This document shows, piece after piece, positions 1 to 8,349 of a DNA stretch of 64,000 bases. The position numbers and the translations under genes were made by a program. The stretch's first letter is position 1; each line of letters begins with the position of its first letter. The stretch comes from Candidatus Cloacimonadales bacterium. Lineage in GTDB: Bacteria; Cloacimonadota; Cloacimonadia; Cloacimonadales; JAFGVF01. The DNA is taken from contig CAXXOU010000004.1 of NCBI GenBank assembly GCA_963677495.2, forward strand, positions 480,001-544,000. Direction: 5' to 3'. Below the pieces are notes generated by a model, which was given only the letters and a program-made list of their open reading frames with translations, did no database searches and was not told the origin of the DNA.

Positions 1-625
1 AGGATATAAAGCCAACAACTGAACCAATCACAATTGCAAGGAACACCTCTTTCCCGGCTTCAAAGAAAGCTTCACCAACTGTCAGGCCATGACCTCCAAT
101 CAGAATTATGGCAACAGGGATTGCAATTGTATATAGCAGAAGTGAATAGATGTCATCTAAGCCCATTACTGCATAAAGGGTTTTAGTGACAATACCTTTA
201 GCTTTGTATTGTTTAATCACATCGGTAGTACCTGCAGGTGCTGTAGCGGATGCCAGAGCTCCATAGATCAATCCTAATGAGATACTTTTGGTAATTAGTG
301 CTGTGATTAACCCTACGACTAAAAACGTGATTGTTGCCTCAAAAATGACGATCCAGATTATCGATGAACCTAACTTCTTAAGCTCTCTTATTTGAAGTTC
401 ACCACCAATACCAAAACCAAGCAGTGATAGTGTGATTGTATTAATGATATCAAAATCCCCAATATTCTCTACTTTTATGATTCCCACAATCGCAGGACCT
501 AATATAGCACCACAAATGATATAGCCTAAAACAAGTGGAGACTTGATTATAGACACACCTTTAGCCATGACTAATGAGAACAGCAATACTGAGCCTAAAA
601 ATAAAAACATCAATGAATCTTGCAT
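1..625 (-). CDS. cation:proton antiporter (CPA2/KefB-like), 3' end runs off the window
   Basis: Manual translation from ATG at 625: MQDSLMFLFLGSVLLFSLVMAK...LGYIICGAILGP...GFGIGGEL...SATAPAGT...VMGLDD; hydrophobic; GAGG RBS upstream. Confidence 0.85.
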   Translation of the reverse strand, partial: MQDSLMFLFLGSVLLFSLVMAKGVSIIKSPLVLGYIICGAILGPAIVGIIKVENIGDFDIINTITLSLLGFGIGGELQIRELKKLGSSIIWIVIFEATITFLVVGLITALITKSISLGLIYGALASATAPAGTTDVIKQYKAKGIVTKTLYAVMGLDDIYSLLLYTIAIPVAIILIGGHGLTVGEAFFEAGKEVFLAIVIGSVVGFIS

Positions 626-781
626 CAGAACCTCTTATGAAATCTGAAATTGAGAGAACCAAGATTCCTCAACCGTGTATTTGTCAAATTATTATCTATT
701 AATTATGGGGTTACGAAGTACACCTCTGCTTCGTTCCCTTCTTTCCAATTTCTACAATTCCGCTCAAGGCGACATATCAGG

Positions 782-883
782 AGCAGTCACCAGTGCGAGT
801 TTACGAGCTTGGGGAAATGCGGAAAAGATATGTTATCCGGTACGCATTTCCCCTAACTCCCGATGGTCGTAATGGTGACTGCT
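782..883. repeat. nested inverted repeat (intergenic palindromic element)
   Basis: agcagtcacca...tggtgactgct outer arms and ggggaaatgcg...cgcatttcccc inner arms; a related arm recurs at 43835-43875. Confidence 0.8.
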
Positions 884-957
884 TTAGAATTACTAACACA
901 GTGCCTTTTGCAATGATTTAGAAACATTTTATGTCCTTTTTACTATCTTTTACTGCT

Positions 958-1073
958 CTATCCATCAACGCGCTGTGCACGCACTGTGATCCCACTGTGA
1001 AGGCACTGCCAACCCACTGTTTCACTGGGTTCACAGTGCGTGTACAGTGGGATGACTGTATTTTGGTGGATAG
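958..1073. repeat. 11-bp-period CACTG array followed by inverted copies
   Basis: c(a/g)ctg at 971, 982, 993, 1004, 1015; inverted acagtg units at 1032, 1043; closed by ctatccatcaa/ttggtggatag; close copy at 43962-44051. Confidence 0.9.
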
Positions 1074-1096
1074 TTAAGTTAATGAGCAAACCACTC

Positions 1097-1199
1097 TACC
1101 TTTCGAATGGTCGAAGACCTTCGAAATGGTACTCTTATAACACATGGTTAACAACTTCGAGTTGAACCATTTGCAAGGTCTTCGACCATTCCAAAGGTA
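1097..1199. repeat. 103-bp long inverted repeat (REP/MITE-like)
   Basis: tacctttcgaatggtcgaagaccttcgaaatggt ... accatttgcaaggtcttcgaccattccaaaggta; same-length relative at 61170-61272. Confidence 0.85.
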
Positions 1200-1213
1200 C
1201 GGAGATATCGATT

Positions 1214-1483
1214 GATACCAAAGAATTAAGGGAGTTTGCCAGAGCTGAATGTTAGTGAAGCGAAAGCGGACTTCCTCGATTCTTTGAAGTGGCTATGGAG
1301 TGCACCGCCTATGTCGGTGCGTCTTGTCACAGACTTAATGTTAGCCATCATTCGCTTGGTGCCGAACTCCTTTCAGTCGCTTGGGCTAGAACTTGGTGTC
1401 TTGAAAAGGTCTTTTTAGGAAGTCCGTTCTCCCGTTGGTCGTGACAAACTCCCTAAAAAGGGGTGGAAGTCAGCTTTGGTATC
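1214..1483. repeat. multi-arm palindromic element
   Basis: gataccaaag/ctttggtatc outer IR; agggagtttg..cggacttcct / aggaagtccg..caaactccct inner IR; one arm recurs at 43780-43816. Confidence 0.75.
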
Positions 1484-1503
1484 CCCGCCGGCAAATTCTC
1501 TAC

Positions 1504-1539
1504 AAAAAAGGAAAGGTTGCAGATTTCTCTGCAACCTTT
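1504..1539 (-). terminator. rho-independent terminator downstream of hcp
   Basis: aaaggttgcaga-tttc-tctgcaaccttt stem with an A-tract on its left (U-tract on - strand). Confidence 0.8.
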
Positions 1540-1563
1540 GGAGTCCTCTATATAACGATTAAG

Positions 1564-3222
1564 TTATCCAATCATCTTCTTAATATCTTCTTCAACAGTT
1601 GAGATACCACCAATATTGAAGTTCTCAACGAGAACATTCACAACATTTGGTGATAAGAACGCAGGGATTGTTGGTCCAAGGTGGATATTCTTCACACCAA
1701 GATAAAGAAGAGCGAGAAGCACGATTACAGCTTTCTGCTCGTACCAGGCGATGTTATAAGCGATAGGAAGATCATTAACAGATTCAAGTCCGAATACTTC
1801 CTGAAGCTTAAGAGCAATAAGTACTAGTGAGTAGCTGTCATTACACTGACCTGCATCAAGTACGCGTGGGATTCCACCGATATCACCAAGGTTCAGCTTA
1901 TTGTAGCGGAACTTAGCACAACCGGCTGTTAGGATAACTGTATCTTTTGGAAGAGCTTCAGCGAAATCTGTATAGTAGCTTCTACCTTTCTGACGGCCAT
2001 CACAACCAGCCATCACGACAAACTTCTTGATTGCACCTGATTTAACTGCATCTACTACCTTGTCAGCAAGAGCAAATACCTGCTCATGAGCAAATCCTCC
2101 AACAATGCTTCCAGTTTCAATTTCAGTTGGGGAAGGTAGTGTTTTAGCTAATGCAATAACTTCAGAGAAGTCTTTTGCTTCACCTTTCTTAGGTTCTGCA
2201 ATATGCTTAACACCATCGAAACCAACTGTGTTAGTTGTGAAAACTCTTTCTTTGTAAGAATCTTTTGGTGGAACAAGGCAGTTTGTTGTAAGAAGTACAG
2301 CGCCGTTAAAAGAATCAAATTCTTTATCCTGTAACCACCAGGCATTACCATAGTTACCTACAAAGTTATCATACTTTTTAAAAGCAGGATAGTAGTTAGC
2401 AGGAAGCATTTCACCATGTGTATAAACATCAACACCGGTGCCTTTTGTCTGCTCTAAGAGCTCTTCCATATCTTTAAGGTCATGACCAGAGATAAGGATC
2501 GCAGGATTATTGCGAACACCAATATTAACTTCTGTGAGTTCAGGATGTCCGTAAGCAGATGTATTAGCATTGTCTAAGAGAGCCATAGCATCTACACCGA
2601 ATTTACCACATTCAAGTACGAGGGGTACAAGTTCACCAACACCGAGAGTATCATCCAATGTTGCAAGGAAAGCTTTTTCCATGAACATAACGAGTTCTTT
2701 ATTTGTTTTTCCAAGGTGGAAAGCATGATCAGCATAGGCTGCAATACCTTTTACACCATAGATAAGGAGTTCCCTCAAAGAGCGAATATCTTCGTTTTCA
2801 GTAGTAAGAACACCAACTCTTGCGGCTTTCGCATCAATGTTTTCTTCTGTAACTGTGAAGTTAGCAGCATCATGGTCAGCAAATTTAGCTGTCATTCCCA
2901 TCTCAGCAACTTTCTGCTTACCCATCTCACGAAGTTCGATTGCTTTCATTATCTGGTTGATAAAGTACTTTCTGTCAAAATTAGCATTTGTAATAGTTGA
3001 GAACAAGCTTTCCATGAAGAACTTATCAATCTCTCCACACTGTTCAGCATACTGATTTCTTACTTCTAAAGTTGCTCCACTACGGAAGATAGCGATCCCC
3101 TTAAGTGCATAGATTAATAAATCCTGTAAGTTAGCTACATCAGCTTTCTTACCACATACTCCGTTAAATGTACATCCTTTGTTACCTGCGGTTTCCTGAC
3201 ATTGAAAACAAAACATACTCAT
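1564..3222 (-). CDS. hcp: hybrid cluster protein (hydroxylamine/NO reductase)
   Basis: N-terminal [11 protein letters not shown]5C cubane motif; GHDL, HGEM, TNC, AGCDG, AGC, GQCND, WYEQK hybrid-cluster ligand motifs; 552 aa. Confidence 0.97.
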   Translation of the reverse strand: MSMFCFQCQETAGNKGCTFNGVCGKKADVANLQDLLIYALKGIAIFRSGATLEVRNQYAEQCGEIDKFFMESLFSTITNANFDRKYFINQIMKAIELREMGKQKVAEMGMTAKFADHDAANFTVTEENIDAKAARVGVLTTENEDIRSLRELLIYGVKGIAAYADHAFHLGKTNKELVMFMEKAFLATLDDTLGVGELVPLVLECGKFGVDAMALLDNANTSAYGHPELTEVNIGVRNNPAILISGHDLKDMEELLEQTKGTGVDVYTHGEMLPANYYPAFKKYDNFVGNYGNAWWLQDKEFDSFNGAVLLTTNCLVPPKDSYKERVFTTNTVGFDGVKHIAEPKKGEAKDFSEVIALAKTLPSPTEIETGSIVGGFAHEQVFALADKVVDAVKSGAIKKFVVMAGCDGRQKGRSYYTDFAEALPKDTVILTAGCAKFRYNKLNLGDIGGIPRVLDAGQCNDSYSLVLIALKLQEVFGLESVNDLPIAYNIAWYEQKAVIVLLALLYLGVKNIHLGPTIPAFLSPNVVNVLVENFNIGGISTVEEDIKKMIG

Positions 3223-3258
3223 TGTAATACTCCTTCTTTTTGTGTTTTTAGTTTATTT

Positions 3259-3498
3259 TTAGTAATTTATTCCTGCCGGTTTTACATTGTTTGGATCGAA
3301 TGCGTGACATGGAGTAACTCCATATACCATTCCACAATTCGGACACTTATCTTCAAAATTCTGCATTTCGAATGTAGTTCCACATTCACAGCTAATCTCC
3401 ATTGGTACCGGCATTGGCTGTTCTGCAAATCCCATCATTCTCACTTTATCCACTACTTGCTTGCCATTTTCAAAGCTTCCACTGCATCCTTCGTGCAT
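3259..3498 (-). CDS. small Cys-rich metal-binding protein (MHE N-terminus, CxC...CPxC)
   Basis: 79 aa, AGGAG RBS, co-oriented within the operon; MHEGC, CECG, CPNCG, TPCH. Confidence 0.8.
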   Translation of the reverse strand: MHEGCSGSFENGKQVVDKVRMMGFAEQPMPVPMEISCECGTTFEMQNFEDKCPNCGMVYGVTPCHAFDPNNVKPAGINY

Positions 3499-3507
3499 GA
3501 TATCTCC

Positions 3508-4524
3508 TTATCTTATCTTTTCTATGATTTCACCGTTTCTAAGTTTTGAACGATATGCGAGTAGGGTTCTATCCATCTCTTCAAGTGTAGAGAGAATCTC
3601 TCGCTCTTTATCAGTTGTTTCTATAACTTTATGGATTCCACCATTCTTGATTACGACTCTCTTATCTCCCATGAGGGCTAAGATTGGGTCATGAGTTGCC
3701 ATGAGAACTATCTTATCTTCTGAAAGAAGTAGTTTTAAGGCTTCCTTCCTATCGATTCCGGCATTCTCAATCTCATCTATGAGGATAATTGGTGATTTAC
3801 TTAAAATAGCAGTGTCTGCAATCATCAGAGCACGTGATTGCCCTCCCGATAAACTGGTTATGGGTGTGTTAGGTGAGAACTGCTCACCAGCCAGGTCATT
3901 TGCTTTATCTATAATCTTTTGAATCACAATCTCTTTGTTCTCTACAAGTCTGCTCTCAGCATGTAGCTCTACAAACTCATACACAGAGAGATCCATTACG
4001 AAATTCATATTCTGGGAGAGTTGTGCTACAAGCTTATCAGAAGATGAGAAACGCCATTTGCTATCAGGAACATCATTGTTGATGAGAACAGTTCTGGAAG
4101 TTGGTGTATCGTTCTGAGCTACCCATTCTATATCTCCGAGTAGTCGACTTTTACCTGATCCTGTTGGACCGACAATGCAGATTATCTCTCCCTGATGTAT
4201 TTCAAGATTCTCAAACTGCTCTGTATTCCCCGATTTATCAGTTCCCGGTTTGATTGTAACTGACTTTACTATCTCTTCATCCTGCCCTAAGAAGGCATTC
4301 ATCTGGTTTATGAACTCAGCAGTCTGAATATAGAGTTGTTCAATATCCATTGCATTATCTTCAATCGCTTCCTCATCAAACTCAGCAAAGAACTGCTCTA
4401 ATGTGAGATCCTCTTTGCCTGCAACAGCAAGGTTGTTATCTGCAAAGTATGCTGAAAGGTATGGATAGGATTCTAATAACTCAGAGATCTTATTTGTCCG
4501 TATAGTTTTGCTATTATAGTTCAT
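3508..4524 (-). CDS. ABC-family ATPase with N-terminal helical (DUF1858-like) extension
   Basis: GPTGSGKS Walker A, LSGGQ signature, ILIDE Walker B, ATHD; no transmembrane segments. Confidence 0.9.
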   Translation of the reverse strand: MNYNSKTIRTNKISELLESYPYLSAYFADNNLAVAGKEDLTLEQFFAEFDEEAIEDNAMDIEQLYIQTAEFINQMNAFLGQDEEIVKSVTIKPGTDKSGNTEQFENLEIHQGEIICIVGPTGSGKSRLLGDIEWVAQNDTPTSRTVLINNDVPDSKWRFSSSDKLVAQLSQNMNFVMDLSVYEFVELHAESRLVENKEIVIQKIIDKANDLAGEQFSPNTPITSLSGGQSRALMIADTAILSKSPIILIDEIENAGIDRKEALKLLLSEDKIVLMATHDPILALMGDKRVVIKNGGIHKVIETTDKEREILSTLEEMDRTLLAYRSKLRNGEIIEKIR

Positions 4525-4533
4525 CTTTACCTC

Positions 4534-5229
4534 TTAGTCTTCCAGATTCATCTTTCTAACATTACCCATCTGGTAGCTTTCACCAATACGGGTTTCACCA
4601 AGACAGTAGGAGCAAAGAGCTGAAGGCATTGGGAACCTTAATTCTTTACCAACAAGAGTTTCGATATCCTCAGCTTCATCATAGAGTAGGGTTGAGAGCT
4701 CAAAGCTACCTTGACCTGTCAGACCATTGATATGCATAATTGTTGCTGAAGGATTTACTGTATTCACTCGAGAAGCAAACACTTCTCGTTCTGCTTGCGA
4801 CACTATGTCACCTTTAGTGATTACAACAATATCAGCTGATTTAAGCATTGGTCCTATCTTCTTGGGAGTGTTGATTCCACTAAGATTATCAATAACGCAG
4901 ATAGCTTTAATGCCTTTTACATATGGAGAACAACGATTACACAGTCCGGCTGATTCACTAATAAGTATGTCGTAACCGTTCTCTACTCCCCATTTAGTCA
5001 CTTCCTCGATGTTACTAATGAAGTAATGATCAGGGCAAAGTGCACCGGAAAGACCTTTCTTTACCGGTATCCCGGCTTTTCTGTAAAGCTCATCATCATC
5101 TGTATAAAGACAATCGAACTTAGCTACAGCAACCTTCAAACCTTTCTTGTTAAGAGACTCTATTGTCTTCAGGATAACTGAAGTTTTACCGGATGAGGGG
5201 GGACCTGATATTGTAATCAAATTCATCAT
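4534..5229 (-). CDS. G3E-family (HypB/UreG-like) GTPase
   Basis: GPPSSGKT, LCPDH, ESAGLCNRC, TKGD, C-terminal CSYC. Confidence 0.88.
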   Translation of the reverse strand: MMNLITISGPPSSGKTSVILKTIESLNKKGLKVAVAKFDCLYTDDDELYRKAGIPVKKGLSGALCPDHYFISNIEEVTKWGVENGYDILISESAGLCNRCSPYVKGIKAICVIDNLSGINTPKKIGPMLKSADIVVITKGDIVSQAEREVFASRVNTVNPSATIMHINGLTGQGSFELSTLLYDEAEDIETLVGKELRFPMPSALCSYCLGETRIGESYQMGNVRKMNLED

Positions 5230-6462
5230 CTACTCCTTAATCAGAGATTCTTCAAACAGTTGTTCACAATGCTTTATCAAAGCAGAGATGTCATTGTTAT
5301 AAATGTAATCCCAACCGAGCCACATGAAGGTGTTCTCTTTAGGAATGTGATTATCGATGTCAGGATGAACACTTGGGAAGAGGCCACTATGGGCTAAGAT
5401 CTCTCCAACTTTCTTTGATGCAAAGAAGTCTACAACAGGTTGTAACTGCTGAATTCTTTCGCTCTTAGCAAGCATAAAGATAGGACTGATTATCGCTCCA
5501 TCTTCAGGCCAAACAGCTGCCATTGGACCGTTATCCTTAACCATCTTGGTGAAGAAATAGGGCATGATTGTTACGATCGGGCGATTCTCTTTCTTTCTAT
5601 CACTCTTAACCATTTGGGAGGGGTGTAATGACTCAAGCAAACTACGACCTAACTTCTTAACCCCTTCATCACCATAATGCTTCTGGATGTTAAGAAGGAT
5701 TCCATTGAAAAGGTCGAAGTCGCCAACAGGAAGAGATACCCTTTTCTCAAACTCAGGTTTAAGGATATCGGACCAGGTTCTAGGCATTGTGCGATCACCA
5801 AGCTCCTTCTTGTTTATAAGAAAGACAGCCGGTACTACACTTATCATTCCATAATGACGTTTAGGGTCCCGTAAATTGATACCATCAAACAGGCTGTTAA
5901 ATGATGGGAAATCTGTTGTATCCATGAAAGTATTTTGACGTTTGAATTTGCCAATCATCTCTTCATCAAAGAACATATCGAAACCGGCAGAGATGAACAG
6001 GTCTGGAAGTTGCTTGGCATCTGTGACACCAACAATATTCTTCTCAACCCATTCCAGACCGGTAGATGCGGCTTTGAGTTCATGATTCACTGTCACATCA
6101 TGTGTCTCTTTGTAGTTTGCTATGAACTTGTTAAATCCCTCTAAAAGCGGTATTCTTACAGGGCAGGGCAATAGTCCAACAATGTTCAACGCCTCTTCAT
6201 CACTGCTCCTCTTGTTGTCGGCGAGAGTGGCATCTATGTTATTCATTCCGGACTCAATAGCTTCAGTCAGCAGACTCATGAAAGTTTCTAAGTCTATCTG
6301 TTTTAGCATTAAAGCCATCTTTAGGGATATTGATCCGGCAAACTTAACCCTCTTCTCAACATCTTCCATCTGGGTAAAACCATTCGATGTGAATACAGGC
6401 ACTGTCTCCGGATATTTCTCTACTATCTCAAGTAGCGTATCATTTTCATCTATATATTTCAC
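5230..6462 (-). CDS. solute-binding-protein fold with N-terminal DUF1858-like domain, no signal peptide
   Basis: N-terminal TLLEIVEKYPETVPVF; LLPCPVR; PRTWSDIL and VWPEDGAIISP motifs typical of iron/polyamine-type SBPs. Confidence 0.8.
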   Translation of the reverse strand: MKYIDENDTLLEIVEKYPETVPVFTSNGFTQMEDVEKRVKFAGSISLKMALMLKQIDLETFMSLLTEAIESGMNNIDATLADNKRSSDEEALNIVGLLPCPVRIPLLEGFNKFIANYKETHDVTVNHELKAASTGLEWVEKNIVGVTDAKQLPDLFISAGFDMFFDEEMIGKFKRQNTFMDTTDFPSFNSLFDGINLRDPKRHYGMISVVPAVFLINKKELGDRTMPRTWSDILKPEFEKRVSLPVGDFDLFNGILLNIQKHYGDEGVKKLGRSLLESLHPSQMVKSDRKKENRPIVTIMPYFFTKMVKDNGPMAAVWPEDGAIISPIFMLAKSERIQQLQPVVDFFASKKVGEILAHSGLFPSVHPDIDNHIPKENTFMWLGWDYIYNNDISALIKHCEQLFEESLIKE

Positions 6463-6474
6463 TTCTTTTCCTCT

Positions 6475-6822
6475 TTATTCCTCTCCGGGGAACACAGTCT
6501 TAGTGACGGGCTTTGGGAGCTTCATCACAAGAACTCTAATATCACTGTCAGTTTCGTTGTAGATGCAGTGGATTATATTCTTAGGGCTCTCAATTATATC
6601 ATCTTTAGAAACTTGGACTTTCTCTTCACCTACGAGTATAGTCGGGCTACCTTCAAGAACATAAAACGCAACATCAACAGGTGTGATATGTGGTTTCAAA
6701 GCTTCACCTGCTTTAAGGAATAGGTGCATAATTAATGCATTTTCAGTATCATACAATTTTGTAGACTTAACTCCGTGAGGATTCTTCGCATCATTCAATT
6801 TCTTGTAGTTCTTAATCTCCAT
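6475..6822 (-). CDS. cupin domain protein
   Basis: LKPHITPVDVAFYVLEG...ESPKNIIHCIYN cupin motifs. Confidence 0.9.
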   Translation of the reverse strand: MEIKNYKKLNDAKNPHGVKSTKLYDTENALIMHLFLKAGEALKPHITPVDVAFYVLEGSPTILVGEEKVQVSKDDIIESPKNIIHCIYNETDSDIRVLVMKLPKPVTKTVFPGEE

Positions 6823-6832
6823 TATTACTCCT

Positions 6833-6852
6833 TTAGGTACTGTAATACCTAA
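6833..6852. promoter_or_regulatory. putative Rrf2 operator (7-6-7 palindrome) abutting the cupin RBS
   Basis: TTAGGTA-ctgtaa-TACCTAA perfect arms; related site at 7290-7309. Confidence 0.65.
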
Positions 6853-6867
6853 TTAACTGTAAAAAAA

Positions 6868-7269
6868 TTATTGAAAGTCAGATAACTTTATGTTCTTGAA
6901 CTCATCATAGAGTTCTTGAGTTATCTTATTTATCTTTGCGGTAAAGATACATGAACTGAAAGTACAAACAGTACGACCTAACGGGCAAGCACCAACGTTC
7001 ACTTTACCTTCTATCACTTCATATATTTCAAGAAAAGATATCTGATCCGCTGGTCTGCTAAGTGTGAAACCACCGGCAGGACCACGAGATGATTCAACGA
7101 TATCTGCTTTACTAAGTTTTTGAAAGACCTTTGCAAGATGAGCTGGAGATGCCTCGAGCTTTTCTGCAAGGACTTTCACATTCATACGGTTCGGATGATT
7201 CTTCACAATCAATGCTAAGCCGTGCAATGCAATCGAAGTTGCTTCTGACAAGTTAATCATATTCGACAT
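6868..7269 (-). CDS. Rrf2 family transcriptional regulator (3 Cys, likely Fe-S)
   Basis: winged HTH LAKVFQKLSKADIVESSRGPAGGF; CPLGRTVCTFSSC. Confidence 0.93.
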   Translation of the reverse strand: MSNMINLSEATSIALHGLALIVKNHPNRMNVKVLAEKLEASPAHLAKVFQKLSKADIVESSRGPAGGFTLSRPADQISFLEIYEVIEGKVNVGACPLGRTVCTFSSCIFTAKINKITQELYDEFKNIKLSDFQ

Positions 7270-7289
7270 CTGAGCTCCTTATTATTTAT

Positions 7290-7326
7290 TCTGTTACTAC
7301 AATACCTAATTAGCCTTTTGCGTCAA
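7290..7326 (-). promoter_or_regulatory. sigma70-type promoter of the Rrf2-hcp operon overlapped by a degenerate operator
   Basis: - strand TTGACG-16 bp-TATTGT; 7290-7309 matches the 6833 palindrome at 15/20 positions. Confidence 0.6.
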
Positions 7327-7489
7327 TATCTTTTTTCATTTAAAGCTCTTTATAATCTGTGGGGGAAGAGAGAGAAGCTGATAAAAACAGGTGTTTAGCT
7401 CTTAAAAATATATTTACATTTCTTATGCCATATTAGTTTTATATATCGGATTTATACGCTCTTGCTTGCAGATTTATTCGCAATCAATT

Positions 7490-7572
7490 CCTACTGGACT
7501 CTTACTAGACCCTTGCTACTCTCTTACTACTCACTTACTCAAAGCACTAAGTTAGTCACAAGTTGTGGATAA
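7490..7572. repeat. 11-bp-period CTTACT array next to a DnaA-box-like 9-mer
   Basis: cctact/cttact/cttgct at 7490, 7501, 7512, 7523, 7534; TGTGGATAA at 7564-7572. Confidence 0.75.
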
Positions 7573-7648
7573 CTATATGTTCTTTGTCATATATTTATTG
7601 AATGGGAGCGTGTAACTCGATCACCCCTGATCGAAGCATAAACATATT

Positions 7649-7840
7649 CGACCCACGTTGTGGTCGTCTGTTATTAGACATCTCCTAACCATGCATTTCA
7701 TACAGTACATGGCTACCCACATTTTATCCCTTTGGGATAATTCCAGCCAATTTATAATCCTGAAGGGATTACATAATAATAGCCATAGGTTTCAACCTAT
7801 GGAAATAGCCCCCCAACATTAACCGACCCTACATGGGTCG
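7649..7840. repeat. REP-like triple-hairpin modules in inverted doublet
   Basis: cgacc..ggtcg / ccatg..catgg / atccc..gggat, then the mirror order; right module repeated at 11139-11227. Confidence 0.75.
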
Positions 7841-8030
7841 CGCATAGCTACCTGAAATGACGAAATATGAGTGTCCCCAAATGCAATTCGGGGTTATGAA
7901 AAAGAGATAGACTTAACCCCAAAGAGTAACACAATTAAAACAATAATCCTGTTTCCTTGCATGAATTATGATATTAATCTCAATATGAGATTGTGCAAAC
8001 TGTTAGAATATCATTGGACTTTGGTACTTC

Positions 8031-8188
8031 ACTCCCTTTTATCTCAGCAGTAATTAGTGCTTTCAACAAAACTCTAACTTATTAACAAATTGTTTACTTC
8101 TTGGTAATTAACCCAAGGATTACCCAAGTGTTTCTCAAGGGTTACCCAAGAGTCTCTCAAGGATTACTGCTGTGAGATGAGGGGGAGT
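8031..8188. repeat. terminal-IR element containing an 11-bp-period C(C/T)CAAG array
   Basis: actcccttttatctcagcagtaat ... attactgctgtgagatgagggggagt; c(c/t)caag at 8112, 8123, 8134, 8145, 8156. Confidence 0.8.
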
Positions 8189-8190
8189 TG

Positions 8191-8281
8191 ATAGCCTACA
8201 GCGAGTAGCCTACAGTCTATAGCCTACAGCTTATAGCCTATAGCCTATAGCCTACAGCTTATAGCCTATAGCCTATAGTTT
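8191..8281 (+). repeat. tandem 7-mer array (ATAGCCT consensus, about 13 units)
   Basis: atagcct acagcga gtagcct acagtct atagcct acagctt atagcct... Confidence 0.92.
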
Positions 8282-8349
8282 TAAAGTCTGTAGGTTTCAC
8301 TAAATAATTATCTTATTGACATTTAGATGATTGCTATCAGTATATGATT

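Noticed and set aside
958..1073. Possible CRISPR array in this and other repeat blocks
   Set aside because: Period is 7 or 11 bp with no 25-40 bp repeats separated by unique spacers; the 23-bp direct repeat at 43748/43889 has only two copies; no cas genes
650..1418. Short ORFs 650-856, 675-872, 1236-1418
   Set aside because: They overlap palindromic repeats, lack an RBS and show no protein-like motifs
3508..6462. Conventional ABC importer for iron or polyamines
   Set aside because: No permease in the operon and no signal peptide or lipobox on the SBP-fold protein
7564..7572. Replication origin
   Set aside because: Only isolated DnaA-box matches; no box cluster and no dnaA/dnaN/gidA context
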